From: Antedon mediterranea
Taxonomy: Eukaryota > Animalia > Echinodermata
Length of the DNA stretch: 64,000 bases
NCBI RefSeq assembly: GCF_964355755.1
Contig: NC_092673.1
Location: 25,665,648-25,729,647, forward strand
Reading direction: 5' to 3'
Each line of letters starts with the position of its first letter. The stretch's first letter is position 1. Of this stretch, positions 23,451-34,600 are shown in pieces. The notes beneath the pieces are model-generated. The model did no database searches and was not told the origin of the DNA. It was given only the letters and a program-made list of their open reading frames with translations. A program made the position numbers and the translations under genes.

Positions 23451-23619
23451 AATAAATAATATAAATATGATAACTACATTCAAAAACATTTGGATGGATT
23501 TATATTTAGAATAAAATTTGTTCTCATGACGTCATTGCCTCTGACCACTTAAGGCAAGCTTATGAATCCAATAATAAATAGTTAATAAATTACCATAAAT
23601 ATTAAATAACATTTTAAAT
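23451..23619 (-). promoter_or_regulatory. AU-rich elements in the 3' UTR of the cytokine-like gene
   Basis: Five AUUUA pentamers in 23575-23619 and a UUAUUUAUU nonamer at 23451-23459 on the transcript strand. Confidence 0.5.
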
Positions 23620-23782
23620 AGATCTTTGGTATTCAGCTGAAGTGAATTAAACAATATTGTTCGTTTTAACTTTCTTCATTCGTTTCTAAAATTTCAAACT
23701 TTACCCCTTTCCTCGTAGATCATTTCTATTGCAATAGCGCTGAACTGTAGAGGGTGGGGCCTACCGTTCACAGGATGTGACG

Positions 23783-23965
23783 TTAACCACTGCGTGCGCG
23801 CGAGAGCCTGTTAATATCGCTTGATAGAACGGGAGAGTAATGCGCAAGCTCACGTAAAACAATAAGGTCTCGTCTGTTGATTTCCTCGTCATCAGCATTC
23901 GGGCTAAATATCAGAGTTGACGTCACAGGTGTTTGGTTGATGCCTACCAAATTTTCTATATCCAT
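23783..23965 (-). CDS. cytokine-like gene exon 5 (CD loop + predicted helix D)
   Basis: ttttcag|ATGGAT...GGT TAA, 183 nt. Confidence 0.87.
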   Translation of the reverse strand: MDIENLVGINQTPVTSTLIFSPNADDEEINRRDLIVLRELAHYSPVLSSDINRLSRARSG

Positions 23966-26900
23966 CTGAAAAATATGATGTGACTGATAAGACAACGTTA
24001 TGTTATGAAATTAGTTATAATCGTATTGTTTTTAATTAAAGAATTTAATTATTATAAATCAACAAGTATACATCATACATTTTGATAATTACTTTTATAA
24101 ATGATATGCAAATTCAATGCGAATGAACTCATGTTACCCGCACCTAACTATTATTAAAATTCACTATTTAAAAAAAAAATCTAAGTACTGCACCGGAAAT
24201 AATTATGACCTACCTAATGATGTAATCCAATATTACTAACAGTCATATTGGAAAAAAACTAATAACATACAATCCGGGTCATTGAAATTAAGGTATACTT
24301 TAACAATATGAATAATGCATACTCATTAAAATGAGGTGTTAATGAAGCTTAATAATATTATTCCGATTTAAGAGGACACTGAGTGAAACGACTAAGGAGC
24401 AATGTATTAAATTTTAACACTACGCTCAACCCATATTCACGAGAGAAGTTACCATTTGTGCACATGTTTTATGAATCATTAATTGACATTCATTTTAATT
24501 CGCGCTTCAAAATGTTCACGCTATTATATTTATGCGTAATATATTATTAATGTATGCTATTGACAATCTTTCGTTCAAAATAAGTGACTAGATCTGCAGT
24601 AGGCCTAAACATAAAATAAAAAAGGGTTGCGATTTATCTGTAGGACGTCCCCTATAGTATCGAAACTATGTCAGCATTCCAGTTTTTATCCATGTTCGGT
24701 ACATAACCTGCGGTTTATTTACCGTAATAATCTGTTTGTTTTTAAACGCTTCTTCTTCAACCACATGTATTACCAAACAATTAGGCCTAATTATAGATAG
24801 CTACGTCTACCACAAAAGGAAATAGTGGCTTATTGCATAAGCGTAGGTTATCATTTGTAATCGCCATCCCTGATGTTTTCGTGGAGTGGGAATTTTATCA
24901 CATTCTTAGGCCTGCTAATTTGTGTGTTACTATGTGTACAATTTAATGCAATTTCACAATGTTTTAATAGGTGAAAATCAAAGCCATCCCGTTCATTTAG
25001 CCTAGAGCAACTCTTGCATCTTTTCATGGAGGAATATAAAGTCAATGTCAGATATTGCTTAATCGGAAATGCCATGACAGGGTGGGAACCCTCGTTGACA
25101 AACAAAATTCCGTCAAAATGACGACAGATCCGCATTCCACTAATTTGCCCAAGAAACACGACACTGCTTATAATACTTGGCTAATCCAACTCAAATACCA
25201 CCATCAGAATAATTAGCTTTGAGTCGGTGTTATGTAATAAGGTATAAAAACAATTTGCAGTCATTGTTTTCTATAATATAGGATTTTTAGACAATTTTGT
25301 TGTTTTTGAACGGTTGGTGGGTTGTTCTATTTGTCAACCAACAGAGAGCACGTGTGAATAGCAAATTGTTATTACGTTGAAGATGGACCTTGTTATCCCA
25401 CGTATATTGCATAACGAACGTAACCTTTAATAAACGCTATAGATAACAATAATATTTACATGTATGAAAATATTAAAATTATTAGTTTAATAAACTAACG
25501 GCTAATTGATCTAGTACAAGCCCGGTGTGACATAGAACTATTACTATCTAGGCCGATGTGGCAGAAACGTTACGTGATTATAACAAGAACTCGGCACCGG
25601 GCTCGGCGTTCCACTTCCGTTTACTGAGCGTGTGGGGTTGTATTTAGAGGCCTGGTGTTTCTTGCGATGATGTCATTGTAGCTAATTCGACGACCGATGC
25701 TGCAAACTGACAAAAATTGTCGTAATCGGCTTAAATTCTATTTCACAATTGCTGACTCATTATAATAACATTTTATTGTTTTGATTTTATATGGATGACC
25801 TCTTCCAGTGACAAGTTAATATACTTGTTGTTACTAGTTTTATGGAATTTATTATTACGCTGAGTGCATATTTTAAATTTCTAAAATTGTAGGGGTAGAA
25901 CGGAAATGTTTGTATTGTGTTGTGTTTTTGTTATTAATTAAGCGTTATAGAAAGTTTTTATATACCCTGCATGGGGTGTCAAAAGTGGAAGTTAAACGTT
26001 ACACCCTTTTTGATGGAAAGAAAGGAATGAAAAGCGTGGGCAATATGATTTATATAAATCATGTTTATGTTTATTATAACAATTTATTATATGAATCGTA
26101 ACGGGAAATAACAACATCTAAACCACCCAGGGATGATAATGTCGAGTATTGTATTTTGGAGCAAAATCTCCATGGGTATTTAATTTAATCAATCATTTAT
26201 TTATCTTTATTATTTAAAAAAAAATGATTTGGTTTACATTACAGAAATGTGGCTGCTACAATCGATGTTTATATTGGCTTTTTTTTATTATTTATGTTCG
26301 ACAATATTAAACATCACCGATCTATGTATTTTATTACGTTTTACTGAGCGACAGTGCATACAATACTCCTATTGTTATTAGAACTAGAATAAACGAACTA
26401 TTGAGTTCATCCTGAATTGCATGATAGGTGGTCAGTGATATTATGAATTTTGGTTGTTTGACGTTGCGTACTAATCGTGATACGGATCTGGATGAGAAAT
26501 TCAATCCGAATTGACTGCAGTAGTTTCATTTGGACGATTTAATCAAATACCACTTAAGATATTTCTATAATTAAGCCATGATACATCTAAGACATTAAGA
26601 TTACGCACGGATCTTTACTCCATTAATTTTATATCCTTTTCGTACTATAAATACAAAAACTGGACTAAATCACGGCTTTGTGACGACGTGTTGACTAGTT
26701 AGCGCCCGTGTGTATTCATAGAGTGGGATATGCTACCGCTAAGATAATACAATTTATTTTAAAGATGGGCACTAATTAATTATTAACCATAGAGTGAAAT
26801 ATTTCACTCTTTCCTCTATTTGTATTGGACGTTTAATTGTTCAGTCTATGACTATTAGTCGTAATAGTTCAACCTGTAAAGCAGTGCCGCAGTAGTTTAA

Positions 26901-29900
26901 CCAATCGGTGTTGAGGAAGGTTACAGTATGAATAATCATACGTCAGAGACTATCAACGCGCGCGTTCAAATTGTGATATTGATGCCATTAATAATAATGG
27001 TAAAAATGATGATACAGTAAACCCCTATTAAGGAGACGCAAGTGTCCCCTTGATAGGAGTGTCTCCTGAATAGGCCGTAGAATGTTAAACATACTATTTG
27101 CTCCTCGTTCGTTTCATGGGGAAGTGTTCCCTTAATAGAATTGTCCCAAAGGAGGGTTTAACTGTATTATACATTAAAATGAAATGATTGTGTATACTCA
27201 CTATATGTTGCAATCCTGCTATCAAGGTGTTTAGTTTTGATCGAATTGCTCGGAAGTTTGTTCTAAAACTATGTGAACCAGAGTACGTTTGTTCATCGGC
27301 TTCCATATATCTTAATGCACGTTCAAATATTAATAGATTTGAAACATGAGTTTCAAGGACATCTGCTTCCTGGTAACAAAGCAAGAAAAACAAATTCATT
27401 ATAAACGGAGCGGTGTAAAAAAAAACAATTAGTTTAAGCTTCTTTATTATGTCATCGGATGCGTTCCATAGTCAATTAACTAGTGACGTAAGCTATTTTG
27501 CAGCAAATTGTACCAGAAATAGGTAAAAAGTTATTTTAGAAAAGTCTTTTTTAGAATTTGGGATAAGATTTAATACCCTGTTTTCATGCAAGTGTAGTAA
27601 ACACTGCAGATGAAGATGATAAAATCACTGGCCGTTCTGGAAATTCTAAATAGGCCTTAAGTCTTTTTTTTAAGGAGTAATTTTGACAGATAATTACTTA
27701 GTAGTATTTATTCAAGAATTAATTACTTTTTATGACGCAATATAAATGTAGAGAATGTGACAAATTTATCTTTGTTCTCCTTGGTATAAGACCTGTAATT
27801 AAAATAATTGCTAATGATAATCAACCAAAATCATAAACAGTCTGGTCAGGTAGTATACTGTTGGTTTTTTAACAAAAGTACCGGATTGTCAAACTGTTAG
27901 GTCGTGGGAAAAGCATACCAATATGTGACCAATAATATGCCTCTAATTTGAACTGCTTAACAATAAATAAACGTGTTTTTCGTTTTTTTTTAACATAAAT
28001 TTCTTTTGCTGTTTGTGTAGATTAAATATATGTTACATTGTTTGATGTTTACTTCTACTCTTCAGTAATTCGGTAATTACTCATATATCATATAAAATCC
28101 CAAATGTATTTAATAACAATACATAAATGATTTCACATTAGTACAGAGACAGTGAACATGCTCGTACTGAAATCATTTCCCTTGTAATAAGACATGGCTC
28201 GTACATTACGTCATTTCTATATGCATTGTCTGCATTAAATGACTGAAAGTTGTGCTATAGGCCTATAGTTAGAATTAATCTATATAATAAGTAATTGCTA
28301 TTAGGCCTATCATTACATTATGTATTTTAAAAATATAAGCATTCTATTCTCAATAGCCGGTAAATATATTTTGACGCAAATAGGATCCCCCATTTCATCC
28401 TCCCTCTGTTTTCCTCCTTCCTCTCTCACCGTCCTTCTTTCTTCCTCTCTGACCTTCCCTTCTTCATCCTCCCTCCCGTTTCCTTCTTTTTCTCCCCTTC
28501 CCTCATTCTTTTCCCCTTCTATCCTTCTTCCTCTCTCCTCTTCTCTCCTTCATCCCCTTACAGTAATGACCAATTACTAAACTATATGGCTACTTAGTAC
28601 TAGTGTAGATCTAGACAGATTTAAAGTATCACAATATCGATTTGTCTACTTACACTTGCAGCGTGCCTTTGTGCGTATGTCCAACTTAAATGATTCGGAA
28701 GACCTGTCAAATACCAATTGGAACTCATGGTATGGCCAACCCGTAACGTTTCCTATAAATAAAATATAACACTGTTATCAAGTGCTTAATACAATTATTC
28801 CATAAAATATATAATATTTGTTGCACTGTTAAGGTCAACGGATAGATAAAACAGACCAGTTAGCCGTCTGATGGGAAAGTCTAGGTCATAAATGATTAGG
28901 CTTTTGAACATTTGAATCAGACAAGAGCTTATTAAGTACTATCTGTTAAAATAACATAAAACGTGTTGAATTAATGTCGAGCATCCGACAGCCTAACGCA
29001 CCGGTGCGCCTTCAACCTAGCCCAGTGGAGAAGAACCGCGGGAGAGTCCCAACCTGTCTACTATCATAAGCGTGGTCTTCGTACATTTTTACCCATAATT
29101 CTGGAAATAAGCCAAGAAACTTGACGAGTATATATGACACATACATACAAAAAATCACTTTGATTACGGGAAATAATTGCTTGAATACTAACAATGATGA
29201 TATTTCAATTATCCGGACTGATCTTTTTTTTTTCTAAACTTGTCGGTTGGATAGGAAAGGACATCCGGCAATACAAAATGATAATATTGCCAAATACCAG
29301 TATTACAATGAAATCTAGTTAACATTTAAAGCCAGTCATTCATGTGTCCCAAATTTGTATTACTACGGATAACTTGTGAACAATTAATTGAATGAATTTC
29401 TACCACCCGTTGAATAGTTTGCAAAGGTAATTCGGGTTCACACATAATCCATTGGATTTTATAACAATTTTAATGGGTATGAAGTAATCAAAACAAAAAT
29501 AACCCTTTTTAAAATTCCTACTGTTTACAAACAGCAACCTTGGAATTATTTTTATCATTATACTTATAATATAGATATATGCATAGTATAGTAAAATAAC
29601 ATTACCAGGCTTACAACTTTGCTATCATATGAGCCTGTACTACAGTAGTTTTGCTTCGATCTTTTACAATTTATCGCGTACTTCATTTCTGACACTCCCT
29701 AGCCTTCATTCTAAGATTAATTTTAAAGCCCAGCCATAAGGACACCAATTTTATTTTGTTTTTACAAGTTGAATAATTCAATAATTCAATGTAAGCTATA
29801 ATGTATATTTTACAACACGACTTAAACATAATTCAGTGCCTTTCTTTCCAAAATTCAAATTAGCAATATTAAAAAAATAATCTCAATGTCTGCTGCCAAA

Positions 29901-30485
29901 CTTGCAATATTAACGTTAAACCTCCTTGTAGATATACGCTTATTATGTGTTATGTTATTCAAGCAAAATTTTACAATGACAATATTTTATGCAACAAAAC
30001 AGATACATTTACATAGATACATGGATTTGAACTTACAAATTGACTATATGTCGAAAATGTCTCCCGAAACATGTGCATTGTCTCTTCCCGCATCGCCGAA
30101 TATAAACGGGATACAGTTAACGTTGGAGCAGACTTTGCCAATTGTATAAATATACTAAACAAAATCATAACTATATAGACAAAGAAAATAGAAAGATAAA
30201 AGTAAAAATACGCTATAAATACAAAAATGCAAAGAAAATTAGAAATGTTAATGAATCTGGAAAAAAAAGTTAATTTCTTGAATATAAGGAGAAAAGTTAA
30301 ATATGGCACAATTCACAGCATGCGCTGTTGAATTTAGTCTGTGAGATTAAGAGATCAACCAGGTACTTAACCTAACATATCAAAGATGTCATAAGAAAAT
30401 AAATAAGCAAAAAAATAATATGAAACAATGTTATATTGCTATACTTACAAATAAAACGTCGAATACTACTTAATATCAGAGCCAT
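23783..30485 (-). CDS. Secreted four-helix-bundle cytokine-like protein (IL-11/IL-6-family-like), 5 exons, 206 aa
   Basis: Exons 30485-30449, 30170-30037, 28752-28654, 27369-27202, 23965-23783; GT-AG, phases 1-0-0-0. Protein: MALILSSIRRFIFMILFSIFIQLAKS-APTLTVSRLYSAMREETMHMFRETFSTYSQF|ETLRVGHTMSSNWYLTGLPNHLSWTYAQRHAAS|EADVLETHVSNLLIFERALRYMEADEQTYSGSHSFRTNFRAIRSKLNTLIAGLQHI|MDIENLVGINQTPVTSTLIFSPNADDEEINRRDLIVLRELAHYSPVLSSDINRLSRARSG. The gene model is strong; the family assignment is inferred from patterns. Confidence 0.8.
27202..27369 (-). CDS. cytokine-like gene exon 4 (predicted helices B and C)
   Basis: ttaccag|GAAGCA...CATATA|gtgagt, 168 nt, phase 0/0. Confidence 0.87.
28393..28558. repeat. 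polypyrimidine (CT-rich) low-complexity tract in intron 3 of the cytokine-like gene
   Basis: About 165 nt almost entirely C/T on the + strand. Confidence 0.8.
28654..28752 (-). CDS. cytokine-like gene exon 3 (AB loop, LTGLP)
   Basis: tttatag|GAAACG...GCAAGT|gtaagt, 99 nt, phase 0/0. Confidence 0.8.
30037..30170 (-). CDS. cytokine-like gene exon 2 (end of signal peptide + predicted helix A)
   Basis: ttgtctatatag|TTATG...CAATTT|gtaagt, 134 nt, phase 1/0. Confidence 0.85.
30449..30485 (-). CDS. cytokine-like gene exon 1 (start of signal peptide)
   Basis: ATG GCT CTG...ATT T|gtaagt, 37 nt, phase 1. Confidence 0.8.
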
Positions 30486-30629
30486 AACCAGTATTTTCAA
30501 GTGTTTCCGACAGTCGTATATTCCTTGTCCTTAATTACTCTTTTATTTGCCGAAAATGATATCCGTATGATATACACGCTTCTGTTTCGGCTTGTATGAG
30601 TTAACTCAGCAGCTATGGTTTTAAAAGCA

Positions 30630-30702
30630 TTTTATATACGTCGGCAAAAATCATTGGTCAACGATCCGAGCTTTGTGATTGGCTGGTTCCCTGTTCACGT
30701 CA
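30630..30702 (-). promoter_or_regulatory. core promoter of cytokine-like gene: TATA box, two CCAAT boxes, CRE/ATF-like site
   Basis: Minus strand TATATAAAA (30638-30630), CCAAT (30657-30653 and 30682-30678, the latter in the context AGCCAATCAC) and TGACGTGA (30702-30695), about 145-215 nt upstream of the ATG. Confidence 0.65.
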
Positions 30703-31402
30703 CCTCCTCCAGAAACTTCATTGCTGTGATCAAACGTTTTGATTGACTGTACTGGCAAGACAGACAGATACATATTCAATCAATTATGAATTTACAAATG
30801 TATTTGAAAAACAATAAGCGGTTATTCTGGTTAGTTAAGAATATGTAATACAAAATAATGTCGAACATTAAAGGTCAATAAATAATGATAATGGTTAAGG
30901 CCTGATTTCTACTGACGCTTATGGTGTGTTTCTGGATAATCCCTCCGCCCACTAATCGCTCTGATAGGTTATTGCAATTAGTACCACTTCTTACATACAA
31001 TAAGGTGTGAACATGAAATGTATAGCCATTTCATTAGAATAGATGTCCTCTGTTCAGTTGTTTCTAAGCACAGGAAGTCTTTGAAAATAAAGTATTCGGA
31101 TTATTGATGTTAATTTTACATCGTAATGTTATTCTTCTATGTTATTAATTATAATGTCTTTATAATCAGTACGTGTTTGGGGTTTTTACGCTGAAGAGGA
31201 AATGGAAATTGCAATGTTTTATGTTACGAATGTGCTAGTTGAGTGGCTCAGTGATTATATAAAATAATATAGCAGTCTCAATTAAAAAATAGTGTTTACT
31301 GAAAGCCCTTATTCTAATGCACTAACTGTGGGGAATAATTAATTTAATTAATTAGATCATGTGAGAATTATTATTGGTATAGTTTACTCATTTATATATT
31401 TT

Positions 31403-31651
31403 AGTGTGACTTCTGTCTGCTAGTGTGACTTCTGTCTGTTAGTGTGACTTCTGTCTGTTAGTGTGACTTCTGTCTGTTAGTGTGACTTGTGTCTGTTAGT
31501 GTGACTTGTGTCTGTTAGTGTGACTTGTGTCTGTTAGTGTGACTTCTGTCTCTTAGTGTGACTTCTGTCTGTTAGTGTGACTTCTGTCTGTTAGTGTGAC
31601 TTCTGGCTCTTAGTGTGAATTATGCTTGTTAGTATGACTTCTGTTTGTTAG
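31403..31651. repeat. 19-bp minisatellite (AGTGTGACTTCTGTCTGTT), about 13 units
   Basis: Direct tandem units about 0.8-1 kb upstream of the cytokine TATA box. Confidence 0.93.
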
Positions 31652-34600
31652 AGACTTTTAGAGATCTGTTATTGTTATTTTAATATTTTATTCAGCCAAA
31701 CACGATAAAACCAACAATAGTAATGACCGTATGGTTTTCTATTGGAATTAAGTTTGTTGTCCTATTGATATAACATTAACGAGGTCACGGAGCAAGATAG
31801 TTAGAGCACCTTATAATTTGATTTGATGTTCTCGTTCGATTTAATTCCCATGTATGAAACACAACGCCAAGTTCCAAGTTAAACGAATCAGGTTTTATTG
31901 CAACATTAGTCCTTAGTTAATAGTACGATTATATGGCTTGAGTCGATAGATTACTTTTACGACGCACTAGGGTAGGACCAGAGATACACTTGTTACATAT
32001 TTCTATAAATTATCAAACTAATAACAAAAATTGATACCTGAAATTTGTTCTAAGGCATACCAACCTACTTGAGGTAAAATTCTATAATTCTTTAGTGACA
32101 TTATGGTAATAACGACGATGAAATTATAAAAATTGGTTAATGAATGTCATTAGTTTGAAGGCGTTTAATTAGAACACGAATTAAGCCTATCGTATTTTTA
32201 TCACTCTTTCGATGAAAATCAACAATTTTTAAAATTAGATTTTAAACTTAAGCGTTCATTTGGTTTCTTAATAGGGATGGATAATTATTAGGCCTATTAA
32301 TAATTTAAATTGTTATGAATTATTTGAACAACAGAGTTCTTACCTTACAAAAACCAGATACGAGTGTCTTGTAAATTAAATCCGCACGTCTTTTAAGCTA
32401 CAAGCTGTAACTTGTTTGTTCTCTAGGCCTATGTATAGTGTGTTCAGTTATACGTTTTCCTTATTCTATTCCATTGTATGTACTTGTGTTGTAATTTGTC
32501 TGGACTAGTCTAAATGGGTTTGGTTGTTGCTTAGCGGTAGCCTAAATTATTGATTTGTTTATTAAGAAGCAGTTTGTTAAAAATAAAGGCTGCATTATGA
32601 CTAAGCCAAAGAGTTATTGAATTATAAAAATAGTGTGAGAAATATTAATTCCTTATTAAGGAATCCCTATTTATATAATGTAATCATTCTTTTTATTTTA
32701 AACGTGAAGACACATAATCTCTGCTGTAAATCAAGAGATAACTTTGAATTATAAAACCTCTAGTTACCGCATGTGTCACCACATGTGTAGGCCCTATATT
32801 AAACAAGCTAATAATAAATACAAATTAATGTATAAATCGATCCGTACAAATAAACTATGCTATCAACACCCGATGAAATAAATATGGGTTGTCACAAATC
32901 AACATGAAAAGATAATTCTCTGGCATTTCATAGAAAAAATGTATTTTAAAAATACATCACATCAAAAATACATTAAACCAAATAGAAAAACAACGTATGT
33001 GTTAATGTATTATTAAGCAATGTGACGTATTATATTTAAATAATACAATCAGTAATGTAAATTTATGAGGGATGCAACTTAAGTACTCAATTATATTGTG
33101 ATTATCATAATTAAGCTTAACTTAAGTATAAATATTCAAAATCGTTGAAATTCATTCATTTGCTATTTAGGCCTATACATAAAATCGTGTATAAGATGTG
33201 CTGTTTCTCCTAAAATCCGATAATGTGATTTTAAAATGCTATTTGACTTGCAACACAACGTTGATTATCAACAGCAAATGAATTAAATACACAGGGATGT
33301 GTCGAAATACATCCGTTTTTAGTACTCCAAAATTAGAGATTTACTTATAATAAGATACGGTACCTTTTGACCAGAATAACAATTATTATTATTATTATTT
33401 AGTTTTGGGGATTTAATTTTTTCATTTTTTTTTTCTCTCTCATTACCAAACAATCTTGTTTCCATTTTTTTTTTCTTTTGCTTCTAACGTTGAATAACCA
33501 TATTTGGAAATGGTTGGCAGTCAACTTTTACAAAGGCCTAACGGTATAAAGAGTTGTATCTTTAAATTATACTTTAATCGTGTTTTTCAGTATTCATGAT
33601 ATGCAGTAGACATTATTTTCGGTAAAATTGCGTTTTTGTATTGATGGTACATTACTAAATGTGTGAATATTTGAAAACGATTATTTAGGCTCATTAATAG
33701 GCCTATTATAATAATCCCAGCTATGTGAGCTGAACTAGAATTACATTGTGTGTGTCAGACACAGAATGTTAGAATTGATAATATCGCCCAAACATCACGC
33801 ATAAAAACATAGTATGTTGATATGTACAGTGTTTTGTTAATTTAATATAGAACGTAATACCTTATAGGCTACATCAACTGTATAAAACAAGTTTCAAGTA
33901 GCTAGGCCTATTATTTTGTCGAAGCCGAAAAGGAACCGAAATCCGTCCGACTAAGAGAGTTTTACCGCATGGTATAATAAACACTGTTGTGTATAAATTG
34001 TATGTCAATACTATTGCGGGCCCTTTGAAAAACAATTGCATTTATTTTACCAAAGACAAAAAGGTTTAAGTACAGACTTAACTTTAAGTAATTAGAACTA
34101 AAGTTTTTGTTTAGTACTTCGTAAGTATCAGAGTTTACAGAATTTCAAGAAATACCGTTAAATAGGCTTAAATTAATCGATGATCTTTAAATTTATACAT
34201 TGTAGAATTCTGTTGCGCAATCGGAATTCCATAGGGATAATGACCTTGTCGGAAAAGTCTAACCAAAAGGACAATTAGTAGCTAATTATAGTTATCTAGA
34301 ATTGTCAAGCAAGTCTGCCGATTGTGTGAGTGTATTAGTCATGGGGGTTTAATCGTGGTGAAAGGTAGTTCCCATCCTACTTAACAATACAGGTGTGATT
34401 CGGTCTTTCTGTAGCGTCTTATCTAATACTTCCGATCTACTTGTCATACTTTAGGCCCGGCATGTTTGTCTTTTATGCGGCCTAGAGGTTACCATGTTTT
34501 CATCAAGTTATTAATCTCCGAAGAAAACTTCTAAATTAACAACTTCCAAATTAACAACTTCCTTTAAAAACCGTTAGTTTTATTGGTTGATTTTAGGCAC

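Noticed and set aside
24851-25159. 102-aa minus-strand ORF inside cytokine intron 4 as an additional exon
   Set aside because: No convincing splice pair or motif; exons 4 and 5 already join in frame at the IL-11-like position.
28320-28580. 86-aa Ser/Pro/Leu-rich ORF
   Set aside because: Translation of a CT-rich low-complexity tract in the cytokine intron.
29971-30309. 112-aa hydrophobic ORF as a membrane protein
   Set aside because: Only 30037-30170 is exonic; the Phe/Ile-rich N-terminal part is the T-rich end of intron 1.
27635-30940. STAT-like TTCTGGA(A) motifs near the cytokine gene (27635, 29099, about 30708, 30929)
   Set aside because: None is a full TTCNNNGAA match, too weak to claim JAK/STAT autoregulation.
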